Source of the DNA: an uncultured Bacillaceae bacterium
GTDB lineage: Bacteria; Pseudomonadota; Alphaproteobacteria; Rhodobacterales; Rhodobacteraceae
Reading direction: 5' to 3'
Length of the DNA stretch: 64,000 bases
NCBI GenBank assembly: GCA_963763245.1
Contig: CAVXNU010000011.1
Span: 157,281-221,280 of the forward strand
The notes beneath the pieces were generated by a model that saw only the letters and a list, made by a program, of their open reading frames with translations, was not told the origin of the DNA and searched no databases. Positions within the stretch are counted from its first letter, which is position 1, and every line of letters starts with the position of its first letter. This document shows positions 42,705 through 51,841 of this stretch, piece after piece. A program made the position numbers and the translations under genes.

Positions 42705-43937
42705 ATGCAGACCTTCGCCCGTTTCGTGGCGGCCAATTCTCGCTGGCTGGCGGGCGGCTTCCTCCTGGCCTTCTTCTCCTCCTTCGGCCAGACCTTCTTC
42801 ATCGCACTCTCGGGGAGCGAGATCCGCCGGACGTTCGAGCTGACGAACGGCGAGTTCGGCAGCCTCTACATGGCGGCGACCCTGCTCAGCGCCGGGACCC
42901 TGCCGTTCCTCGGCAAGCTTCTCGACCGATATTCGGTCCTTGCGGTCTCGATCGGCACCATGCTGATGCTGGCCGCGGCGACCGCCGCATTCGGCCTCGC
43001 CTGGAGCGTGCCAACTCTTCTTCTCGCGGTCTACATGCTGCGGCTCTTCGGTCAGGGGATGATGACCGAGGTGGCGCTGACCGCGATCGGCCGCTGGTTC
43101 GCGGCGAACAGGGGGCGCGCGGTTTCGATCACGACGATTGGCAACCGGGTCGGCGAGGGCGTCTATCCGCTTCTCTTCGTGCTCTTCGCCGCTCAGATCG
43201 GCTGGCGCGACACCTGGCTGGTCTGCACCGGCGTCATACTCTTAATTGCGCTGCCGGCGATCGCGGCGCTCGTTCGCGTCGAGCGTAGCCCGCGCGGCGA
43301 CACTCCGCAGGAGGCGCAGCAGGCAATCCGCGACTGGACGAGCCGGGAGGTCCTTCGCGACCCGAAGTTCTACGTGATCTGCGCCGGTTCCCTGGCGCCC
43401 GCCTTCATCGGCACCACCGTCTTCTTCCACCAGGCGTATCTCGCCGAGCTCAGAGGGTGGTCGCTCGGCACTTTCGGTGCCGCGTTCATGCTGATGTCCG
43501 CCATCACGGTCGTCTTCGGCCTCATGGCCGGGGTGCTGATCGACCGCCTCTCGGCAGTGCGGCTGTTGCCGGTGTTCCTCGTGCCGCTCGCGCTGTCCTG
43601 CTTCTCGGCGGCCTGGATCGAGCACGAAATCGGGGTCTTCGTGTTCATGGCCTTCATGGGCGTGAGCTACGGCTTCTCGTCGACGATCTCCGGGGCGATC
43701 TGGCCCGAGCTCTACGGCATCCGGCACCTCGGGGCGATCCGCTCGGTGGTCATCTCGACGATGGTGCTCGCGACGGCGATGGGGCCGGGCATCACCGGGC
43801 TCCTGATCGATGCGGGTGTGCCGTTTTCGCTGCAGCTCGCGGGCATGGGGGCTTACAGCCTCGGCGCATCCGTCGTGATGCTGCTGCTGGCACGCCGACT
43901 CTCGGCCGAGCGTGCCCGCTGCGAACTTCCGGCCTGA
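42705..43937 (+). CDS. MFS transporter
   Basis: SSFGQTFFI, GKLLDRY, about 12 hydrophobic segments, ELYGIRHLGAIR. Confidence 0.9.
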   Translation: MQTFARFVAANSRWLAGGFLLAFFSSFGQTFFIALSGSEIRRTFELTNGEFGSLYMAATLLSAGTLPFLGKLLDRYSVLAVSIGTMLMLAAATAAFGLAWSVPTLLLAVYMLRLFGQGMMTEVALTAIGRWFAANRGRAVSITTIGNRVGEGVYPLLFVLFAAQIGWRDTWLVCTGVILLIALPAIAALVRVERSPRGDTPQEAQQAIRDWTSREVLRDPKFYVICAGSLAPAFIGTTVFFHQAYLAELRGWSLGTFGAAFMLMSAITVVFGLMAGVLIDRLSAVRLLPVFLVPLALSCFSAAWIEHEIGVFVFMAFMGVSYGFSSTISGAIWPELYGIRHLGAIRSVVISTMVLATAMGPGITGLLIDAGVPFSLQLAGMGAYSLGASVVMLLLARRLSAERARCELPA

Positions 43938-43996
43938 GAGGCGGCGCGCGGCTGATCGATGGCTTAAGGGCTATGATGCATCGAGGAAGAGAGCCG

Positions 43997-44165
43997 GTGG
44001 ACATCAACGACGAACACCTTCGAGCGGAGTTCGAGCCGGTCCTGCCGCGAATTGGAGGAACTCGAGACGAGCTCTCGCAAGACCGCAGACGACCGAAAGC
44101 CGGTCGAACTCGACCAGCAGAGCGTAGGCCGGCTCGCTCGCACGGACGCCATGCAGCTCCAGGAC
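43997..44165 (+). pseudogene. TraR/DksA family remnant lacking the zinc finger
   Basis: RKPVELDQQSVGRLARTDAMQ motif; frameshifted and truncated. Confidence 0.65.
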
Positions 44166-44312
44166 CCGCCGCCGAAGTGCAGCGAACCCGCCCTTAGGTG
44201 AAGGTGAGCGCGTAGCCGGCCAGCTACCTTCGGACGCGCGTGTCTCCGGCGCGTTCCAGACGCGCGGCACTTGATCAGCTGAGTCCGTCCACCTGAAGCT
44301 TGCGCTCCCACA

Positions 44313-45689
44313 TCACCGTCGGCCTCCGATGCTGCTCGGGTCGACGCACAACTCCGGGCCTGAAGTTTGAATCCTGATGCGCGCCTCGAACCCAGACCCG
44401 CGGCCGGGCCGGGGGGAGGTCAGGACAAGCTGGCTGCCGATCCGGTCGGCAATCGCAGCGACGATCGCGAGCCCGAGACCGCTGCCATCCGCCTCTCCGT
44501 TTGCCCGCTCGAAGCGGCCGGTGAGGCGAGCCAGTGCTTCAGGCGGCACGATCGGCCCCTCGTTCGTGACGACCAGCTCCCCATCCGCCCGCAGCGTCAC
44601 CTCGATGGGCGCGGCCTTGCTGCCGTGGCGCAGAGCGTTGTCGACGAGGTTCCGGCAGAGGATGCCGGCGGCGTCGGGGTCGAGGTCCGACATCACCGGC
44701 CGCTCGGGAAGCTGCAAGCTGATGCGGCCGGGCTCGGTCATGCGGTCGATGTCTTCCACGACAACGCGGATCACGCCGCGCAGATCCAAGGTTCGATCAA
44801 GGCGAAGGCGACCGCCTTCCGCTCGAGCCATCTGCATCAGACGTTCGGCTAGGCGTGTCAGCCGCTTGAGCGTCGCCTCGATCTCGGCGGCCCGCCTTCG
44901 AGCCACCGGATCGGCAGATTCCGTCCGCAGGCGCTGCGCCTGCGCGATGGCGCCCGCGAGCGGGGTCCTGAGCTCGTGGGCCGCGTTGGCGGCGAAGCTG
45001 CGCTCGGCGTGGAAGGCGGCTTCGAGCCGGTCGAGAAGGCCATTCAGCGTCGTTGCCACCGGCGCGAGTTCCGAGGGCAGGTCGTCAGCCGGGACCGGCG
45101 ACAGATCCTGGGCCGAGCGAGCCTCCAGCCTTTCGCGGAAGCGCCGGAGGGGCGCGATGCTGGTCCTCGCGGCGAGGACGATGGCGCCGAGGGCAATCGG
45201 GATGACGACGACGAGCGGGAGCCCGAGGCCGATCTGGATCTCGCGGGCGACCGCCGCCCGGTGGTCCAGCGGCTCGGCCACGGTGATCCGCACGGTCCCC
45301 TGCAGGGCGTCCTCGTTGTAGAAGCGATGGGTCGGGGTCTGCGCGAAGCCCGGTCCTGTATACGCCGGGAAGATCTCGGGGTCCGCGGCATGGGACTGCA
45401 GCAGGACGCGGCCATCGGCGTTGCGCACGATGTAGGTGAAGAATTCGTCGTGCTCGCGGACGGCGGCGAGGCGTTGCACGATCCCGTCCTCCTCCTCGCG
45501 GCCTACGATATCCATCACGGCGAGCGGCAGGAGCCGCTGCGCCGTCTCCTGCAGGGCGGAGTCGAAGACCTCGTCCATCTCGTGCCGCACGACGACAGCC
45601 GTCACCGCCGCCGCGCCGATCCAGAGAAGCGTCAGCAGTATGCCGATCGACAGCCCCAGCCGGGCCTGAAGGCTGCGCGGCCTCCTCAA
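44313..45689 (-). CDS. Sensor histidine kinase (QseC-like)
   Basis: Two TM segments, AAHELRTPL, NLVDNALRHG, GSGLGLAIV; TTG start overlapping the regulator stop. Confidence 0.92.
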   Translation of the reverse strand: MRRPRSLQARLGLSIGILLTLLWIGAAAVTAVVVRHEMDEVFDSALQETAQRLLPLAVMDIVGREEEDGIVQRLAAVREHDEFFTYIVRNADGRVLLQSHAADPEIFPAYTGPGFAQTPTHRFYNEDALQGTVRITVAEPLDHRAAVAREIQIGLGLPLVVVIPIALGAIVLAARTSIAPLRRFRERLEARSAQDLSPVPADDLPSELAPVATTLNGLLDRLEAAFHAERSFAANAAHELRTPLAGAIAQAQRLRTESADPVARRRAAEIEATLKRLTRLAERLMQMARAEGGRLRLDRTLDLRGVIRVVVEDIDRMTEPGRISLQLPERPVMSDLDPDAAGILCRNLVDNALRHGSKAAPIEVTLRADGELVVTNEGPIVPPEALARLTGRFERANGEADGSGLGLAIVAAIADRIGSQLVLTSPRPGRGSGFEARIRIQTSGPELCVDPSSIGGRR

Positions 45690-46345
45690 GGGGCGCCGAG
45701 CCGATAGCCGAGACCGCGCTCCGTCTCGATCACCCCGGCCCCGAGCTTCTTGCGCAGCCGACTGACATGGACCTCGATGGTGTTGCTCTCGATCTCGGCG
45801 TCGAAGGTGTAGAGCTTCTCCTCGAGCTGAGCCTTGGAGAGGAGCTGCCCCGGCCTGGCGAGGAAGGCTTCGAACAGGGCCCATTCCCGCGCGGTCAGCT
45901 GGACCGGCCTGCCGTCGCGCCGGATCGTGCGCGCGGCAAGGTCGATCTCGAGCGGGCCGTGGCTGATGATCGGGTTGGGGTTGCCGGTATACCGCCGCGC
46001 GACCGACCCGATGCGCGCCGACAATTCGGTCAGGTCGAAGGGCTTCACGAGATAGTCGTCGGCCCCGGCGTTCAGGCCCTCGATCCGGTCCGACACCTGG
46101 TCGAGCGCCGTCAGGATGATCACCGGCGTCACGTCGCCCCGCGCGCGCAGGGTCTTGAGGAACCCGATCCCGCGCCCGTCGGGCAGCATCAGGTCGAGCA
46201 GGACGAGGTCATAGGCCGCGCCGGCCATCGCAGAGCGCGCCGCGTCGAGCCGGGTGACCCAGTCCACCGACTGGCCGCCGGCCGCGATCTGGTCCCGCAC
46301 GGCGGCGCCCAGAACGGTATCGTCCTCGACCAGCAGGATGCGCAT
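45686..46345 (-). CDS. OmpR-family response regulator
   Basis: MRILLVEDD, LLDLMLPDG, GADDYLVKPF, NTIEVHVSRLRKK, RGLGY. Confidence 0.95.
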   Translation of the reverse strand: MRILLVEDDTVLGAAVRDQIAAGGQSVDWVTRLDAARSAMAGAAYDLVLLDLMLPDGRGIGFLKTLRARGDVTPVIILTALDQVSDRIEGLNAGADDYLVKPFDLTELSARIGSVARRYTGNPNPIISHGPLEIDLAARTIRRDGRPVQLTAREWALFEAFLARPGQLLSKAQLEEKLYTFDAEIESNTIEVHVSRLRKKLGAGVIETERGLGYRLGAP

Positions 46346-46390
46346 GCCCGTCCGTTTCCTCTGCCTTGCCGACCCTCCTTGTCCGCCCAG

Positions 46391-46441
46391 GCTGACGGTT
46401 GGCTGACGGCCGCGGCGCCCGAGCTTCAGGATCCTGTCAGC
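46391..46441. promoter_or_regulatory. Four-box operator, putative response-regulator binding site 1
   Basis: GCTGAC-N5-GCTGAC-N17-TTCAGG-N5-GTCAGC in the divergent promoter. Confidence 0.7.
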
Positions 46442-46488
46442 TTGGCCGCGCACCGTCCGCGAAATGGCCGCATGACGGAGTTTGGCCC

Positions 46489-46803
46489 ATGAAGAAGACG
46501 TGCACAATTCTTGGCTTGCTCGCGCTTCTGCCGGGGGGCGCGGCGCTCGCCGACGACGACTGCTTCGTCCCCATGGCGGACTGGCAGCCGCGGGAGGCGG
46601 TCGCGCGACTTGCGGAGGAGAACGGCTGGGCCGTCCGCCGGATCAAGATCGACGACGGCTGCTACGAGATCGACGGCACGGACGCCGAGGGGCACCGCAT
46701 CGAGGCGACCGTCCACCCGGCAACGCTTCAGGTGATCGAAATCGAATACGAGGACGACGACGGTCGTCCGCGCCGTGACCGGGAGGGCCGGAGCGATGAG
46801 TGA
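46489..46803 (+). CDS. PepSY domain secreted protein
   Basis: Signal peptide, DWQPREAV, IKIDDGCYEI, HPATL. Confidence 0.88.
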   Translation: MKKTCTILGLLALLPGGAALADDDCFVPMADWQPREAVARLAEENGWAVRRIKIDDGCYEIDGTDAEGHRIEATVHPATLQVIEIEYEDDDGRPRRDREGRSDE

Positions 46804-47470
46804 TACCGTTGTGGACCAGGCTGTGCCGAGCGGCGGCCAGGCGGAGGCCAAGGTCCGGGTCTGGGATCCGCTCGTCCGCGCCTTCCACTGGAGCCTGGTC
46901 GGCGCCTTCGCGATCGCCTGGCTGACGGCCGAGGAGCTTCAGCCGGTCCACGAGATCGCCGGATACATCGTGGCGGCGCTCGTGGCGTTCCGGCTGGCCT
47001 GGGGCGTCATCGGCAGCCGCTATGCGCGCTTTGCCCAGTTCCTGCGCGGGCCCTCGGCCACGCTCGCCTATCTGGGCGATGTGGCGCGGGGGCGGGAGCG
47101 CCGCTATCTCGGTCACAACCCCGCCGGCGCGGCGATGGTTCTCGCGTTGCTCCTGACGCTGTCGGGCACCGCCTTCACCGGCTGGCTGATGGAGGAGCCG
47201 GCCCGGATCGCGATGCTGCCCGACCTGCCGCAGATCGCCGCCCCGGCATTCGCGGACGAAGATCGGGAAGACGAGGGCCACGGTGCGAGCACCGACGGCC
47301 GCGAGAGCGTCGTCGGGGAGGTGCATGAAACGCTCGCCAATCTGATGCTCCTTCTCGTGGTCCTGCATGTCGGAGGGGTGGTGCTCGCCTCCTTCCGCCA
47401 TCACGAGAACCTCGCGCGCGCCATGATCAGCGGCGAGAAGCGTGCGCCCGGACCGGGCGACATCGCCTGA
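46796..47470 (+). CDS. Cytochrome b/b6 domain membrane protein
   Basis: VWDPLVRAFHW, HEIAG, GHNPAG, HETLAN, HVGGV. Confidence 0.9.
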   Translation: MSDTVVDQAVPSGGQAEAKVRVWDPLVRAFHWSLVGAFAIAWLTAEELQPVHEIAGYIVAALVAFRLAWGVIGSRYARFAQFLRGPSATLAYLGDVARGRERRYLGHNPAGAAMVLALLLTLSGTAFTGWLMEEPARIAMLPDLPQIAAPAFADEDREDEGHGASTDGRESVVGEVHETLANLMLLLVVLHVGGVVLASFRHHENLARAMISGEKRAPGPGDIA

Positions 47471-47641
47471 CCCTTCCCCGGTCGACTGCCATGTCGGCCG
47501 GACCGGCTCAGCTCTTTTGGCATCCGTTCGAAGGCGACGTGGTCCTTCTCGGTGCACTGGCCGGGCTCGGTACGGTGCGGGCGAAGCAAGGCGATGCGAG
47601 ATCTCGCGCCTCGCAGAGATCTTGATCTCGGCATAGTCGTT

Positions 47642-47670
47642 CGAGGGCCGGCTGCGACAGCCGGCCCTCG
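47642..47670. terminator. 13-bp perfect hairpin, possible terminator
   Basis: CGAGGGCCGGCTG-CGA-CAGCCGGCCCTCG followed by a weak T-rich tail. Confidence 0.5.
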
Positions 47671-47680
47671 GCATTTCGTT

Positions 47681-47731
47681 CCTGACGGCTGGCTGAAGCG
47701 GAAATCGCGGCGCCGTCAGGTACCCCTCAGG
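47681..47731. promoter_or_regulatory. Four-box operator, putative response-regulator binding site 2
   Basis: CCTGAC-N5-GCTGAA-N17-GTCAGG-N5-CTCAGG; spacing identical to site 1. Confidence 0.7.
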
Positions 47732-47775
47732 CACGGTCTCCAGAGTCCACGCACCAACTGGAAGGAGATCCATTT

Positions 47776-48135
47776 ATGCGAACGACCCTCGCCCTTCTCA
47801 TTGCCTCCACCGCGCTGACGGTCGCTATCGGCGTGCCCGCCTGGGGCGCCATGAGCGGCTCTGCCGAGCCAGAAGAACGCCCTCTCGCGGTGGCTGCCGG
47901 CTCGGGAGAGGCGGCGCTGCCTTTGATCTTCGTCAGCGACGATGACGATGGCGATGATCACGCATACCGCCGTTCGTCCGGCCGCGACGATGATGACGAC
48001 GATGATTGCGACGACGATGACGATGACGACGAGGGCTGCCGCGGCGCCGGCAATCCGGCGCCCGCCGGCAGCGTCGCCCCACCGGCGAACGGGCTCTTCG
48101 GCAATGGGGCGCCGCCGCAGGTCAAGGTGAACTGA
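47776..48135 (+). CDS. Secreted Asp-rich hypothetical protein
   Basis: AAGGAG RBS, signal peptide, poly-Asp with two Cys, C-terminal NPAPAGSVAPPANGLFG. Confidence 0.8.
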   Translation: MRTTLALLIASTALTVAIGVPAWGAMSGSAEPEERPLAVAAGSGEAALPLIFVSDDDDGDDHAYRRSSGRDDDDDDDCDDDDDDDEGCRGAGNPAPAGSVAPPANGLFGNGAPPQVKVN

Positions 48136-48176
48136 CCTCCGCTCCTCCTCTCCTCGCTTCCGCAACAGGTGAAACC

Positions 48177-48647
48177 ATGAAATCCGTTCTTGCAGCGCTC
48201 GCGCTGACGACCGCGCTGACGCTTCCCGGCCTGGCGGTGGCGCGCCCGGTCACGCTGACCACCACGCTCAACGACTATGGCGGCGATGGCGCCTATCTCG
48301 CGATCTACGCGACCGATCCCCAGGGCGCCTATGCCGGCACCCTCTGGATGGCCGGGGGCAAGTCGAAATACTATGAGCACCTGACCGACTGGTACCGCGC
48401 GACAGGGGGCGATCCGGCGCAGATCAACGGCATCACCGGCGCGAGCGTCGGAGCGGGTCGCACCCTCGAGATCACGCTCGACCTCGCCGACGCGCTCTTC
48501 GACGCGGGCTATACGCTGCATGTCGACGCCGCCGTCGAGGACATGCGCGACAGCCCGAACGAGGTCGCGGTGCCGCTGACGACGGCGGGTGCCGGGAGCC
48601 CGGCGCGCGGCCGCCGCTACGTCGCCAGCTTCGGCTACGGCATGTGA
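48177..48647 (+). CDS. DUF2271 domain protein, putative flavinylation substrate
   Basis: Signal peptide, YGGDGAYLAIY, NGITGAS motif; apbE in the same cluster. Confidence 0.82.
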   Translation: MKSVLAALALTTALTLPGLAVARPVTLTTTLNDYGGDGAYLAIYATDPQGAYAGTLWMAGGKSKYYEHLTDWYRATGGDPAQINGITGASVGAGRTLEITLDLADALFDAGYTLHVDAAVEDMRDSPNEVAVPLTTAGAGSPARGRRYVASFGYGM

Positions 48648-48658
48648 GGAGCCCGGGC

Positions 48659-50868
48659 ATGATCCGCCTTCTCCACCGCTGGCCGGGCCTGATCGCGCTG
48701 GCTCTCGTCACGGTGCTCGCGCTCAGCGGGGCGGCGCTGTCGGTCTTTCCGGCGGCGGAGCGGCTCGCCGCGCCGCAGGCGGAGAGGGGCTTGAGCGTGG
48801 CCGATCTCGCCACGCGCATCCAGTCGGTCTTCCCCGGCGTCGAGCAGATCCGCCGCGCGCCGTCGGGCCGTATCACCGCCTACTGGTTCGATGACGGCGT
48901 GCCAGGCGCCGCCGTCATCGACCCGGCAACGGGCCAGGCGCGTCGCTTCCGCCGACCCCAACCCGGCCGAGCGCTGGCTCACGAACCTGCACCGCTCGCT
49001 TTTTCTGGGCGATGGCGGCCGCATCGGAACGGCGGTCGGAGCGGCGGCGATGCTGGTCCTGTCGCTCTCCGGTGCAGCGCTCGTCGCGCGTCGGGCGGGC
49101 GGCTGGCGGCGCTGGTTCGCGCCCCTGCGCGGGTCGCTCGCCGGCCGGCTGCACGTGGAGATCGCGCGCGTGGCGGTGCTGGGGCTGACGCTGTCCTCCG
49201 CCACGGGCCTCTGGATGACGGCCTCGACGTTCGATCTGCTGCCCGATGGCGGGTCCGCTCCGAGCTTCCCGGCCGAGGTGAGCGGCGAGACCGGGGTGGC
49301 GCCGGGCGCGATGGAACTCCTGAAGGCGACGCCCGTGTCTCGAACTCCGCGATCTTGGCTTCCCCTATCGTGGCGACGCCACCGACGCCTTCACGCTGAA
49401 GACCGACCGCGGCACGGGATACATCGACCAGGGCACCGGCGAACTCCTTGCCTGGGCCGACCTGACCGGCTGGGAGCGGGTCTCCGAGACGGTCTACATG
49501 TTGCATACCGGCCAGGGCGCCGCGGCGCTCGGGCTTTTGCTCGGGATCATGGCGCTCGGCGTGCCGGTGATGGGCGCAACCGGGATCATGCTCTGGTCTC
49601 GCGGACGGTGCGGCAGGCCCAGCATCCGCAGTAACCAGCCCGCCTCCCGCGCGGAGACGATCCTGCTCGTCGGCAGCGAAGGCGGCAGCACCTGGGGCTT
49701 CGCGGCGACGCTGCATCAGGCGCTGACCGATGCCGGGCAGAGCGTCCATGCCGCCCCGATGTCTGTCTTCGATCCGGGCCGGTATGCGCGTGCGCAGCGG
49801 ATCATCATCCTTGCGGCGACCTATGGCGATGGCGACGCTCCCGCATCGGCGAAGGGGTTCCTCGATCGGCTTGCCAAGCTCGACCCCGTTCCGGACATCG
49901 CGCTCGCCGTGCTCGGCTTCGGCGATCGCAGCTTCCCCGCCTTCTGCGCCCATGCGCGAAGGGTGGCCGAGACGGCCCAGGCAAGGGGCTGGACGCTGCT
50001 TCTGCCGTTCGAGACGGTGGACCGGCAATCACCCCAGGAGTTCGCCCGCTGGGGCCGCGCGCTCGGGGATTCGCTCGGGATCGAGCTGGAACTTATGCAC
50101 CAGCCCGTCCAGCCCGCAACGGAGGCGCTGACCCTGATATCGCGCCGCGACTATGGGGCGGAGGTCCAGGCGCCGACCGCGATCCTCCGCTTCGCGCTCC
50201 CGCGCGCCTCGCTTTGGCAGCGCCTCGCAGGCCGGGGCTTCGCGCGCTTCCGGGCGGGCGATCTTCTGGGCATCCTGCCGGAGGGCTCGCCCGTCGCGCG
50301 CTTCTATTCGCTGGCCTCGGCGCGGCGGGACGGGTTTGTCGAGATCGTCGTCAGGAAGCATCCCGGCGGCCTCTGCTCCGGCCAGCTTATGGCGCTCGAG
50401 GTGGGCCAGACGGTCCGCGCCTTCCTGCGTCGCAATCCCGGATTCCGCCCCGGGCGCAGCTCCGTGCCGCTGATCCTGATCGGAGCAGGAACCGGGGTGG
50501 GGCCGCTTGCGGGCGTCATCCGGGCGAACGAGCGGCGGCGGCCAATTCACCTGTTCTTCGGCATGCGCCACCCGGACAGCGACTTTCTCTATGGCGACCA
50601 GATGGACGCCTGGCGGGCGGAAGGTCGCCTTGCGCGACTGATCACCGCCGTCTCGCGCGGCGCCAGGCCGCATTACGTTCAGGACGCCCTGCGCGCGGAA
50701 GCATCCGAGGTCTCCCGGCTGATCCTGAAGGGGGCGCGGGTGATGGTCTGTGGCGGGCGCGAGATGGCTGCAGGTGTCGCCGACGCCCTCGCCGACATCC
50801 TGGCGCCGGTCGGGCTGACGCCGGCCGCGCTCAAGGCGGAGGGACGCTATGTCGAAGACGTCTACTGA
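48659..50868 (+). CDS. PepSY-TM / flavodoxin / FNR fusion (sulfite-reductase-flavoprotein-like); frameshifts ~48940 and ~49340
   Basis: LHRW, NLHRSL, LHTG; GSEGGST, ATYGDGDAP, GFGDRSF; RFYSLAS, GLCS, GAGTGVGP, YVQD, YVEDVY. Confidence 0.85.
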
Positions 50869-51835
50869 GCTCGTCCGCCACGCGCTGAACGGCCCTACCA
50901 TGGGCACCCGCTGGTCGGCGCTGTTCTTCGCCGCGCCCTGGTTCGACCCAGCACCCCTGAACGCGGCGCTGCAGGCGGCGGTGGACGAGGTGGACGCGCA
51001 GATGTCCACATGGAAGCCCGGCAGCGACCTTATGCGCCTGAACGCCGCGCCAGTCGGCGAGTGGATAGGTGTACCCGCGCGGCTGATGGAGGTGCTGCGC
51101 CTGGGACTCGAGATCGGGCGCGCCTCGGGTGGCGCCTTCGAGATCGGCCTGGGCGATGCGGTGCGCGCCTGGGGCTTCGGCCCTGAGGCAGCGATGCCAG
51201 ACCGCATCCGGGCAGCGATGAATGCGCCACGCCTGCGCGCAGCCGATACGCTCGACCTCGACTCCTCGTGCGCTCGCGTCCGGAAACGCGCCGCGATCAC
51301 GCTCGACCTGAACGGGATCGCCAAGGGCTACGGCGTCGATCGGCTGACCGAGACGCTCATGGACGTCGGCGTCCGCTCGGCCCTCGTCGGCATCGACGGA
51401 GAGATGCGCGCGCTCGGCCTGCGCCCCGACGGCGAAGCGTGGACGGTGGCGGTCGAGAGGCCGGACTCCGGGCGCCGCGCACCCCATTCGATCCTCGCAC
51501 TTGCGGACGCCGCGGTCGCAACCTCGGGCGACTATCGCCATTGGATCGAGGTGCGCGGGCGCAGGCTGTCGCATACGGTGGACCCGGCGCGCCGCGCGCC
51601 GTTGCTCACCTCGCCGGCCTCGGTCACCGTGGTCGCGCGGAGTTGCGCCGAAGCCGACGCCTGGGCGACTGCCTTGATGGTTCTTGGTGCCGGCGAGGGC
51701 GCGAGGCTCGCGCGGCGGCTCGGGCTCGACGCCCTCTTCCTGCTGCGCGATGGTGACGCGGACATCCGCAGCGCAGGGGTCGGAGCTCTGTTCTCAGAAA
51801 CGCCCGCGGCGTGCGCCCCGGCCGGATCGAGGTGA
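50849..51835 (+). CDS. apbE: FAD:protein FMN transferase
   Basis: TMGT, DLNGIAKGYGVD, ATSGDY, SHTVDP, ADAWATAL. Confidence 0.93.
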   Translation: MSKTSTELVRHALNGPTMGTRWSALFFAAPWFDPAPLNAALQAAVDEVDAQMSTWKPGSDLMRLNAAPVGEWIGVPARLMEVLRLGLEIGRASGGAFEIGLGDAVRAWGFGPEAAMPDRIRAAMNAPRLRAADTLDLDSSCARVRKRAAITLDLNGIAKGYGVDRLTETLMDVGVRSALVGIDGEMRALGLRPDGEAWTVAVERPDSGRRAPHSILALADAAVATSGDYRHWIEVRGRRLSHTVDPARRAPLLTSPASVTVVARSCAEADAWATALMVLGAGEGARLARRLGLDALFLLRDGDADIRSAGVGALFSETPAACAPAGSR

Positions 51836-51841
51836 ACTCGC

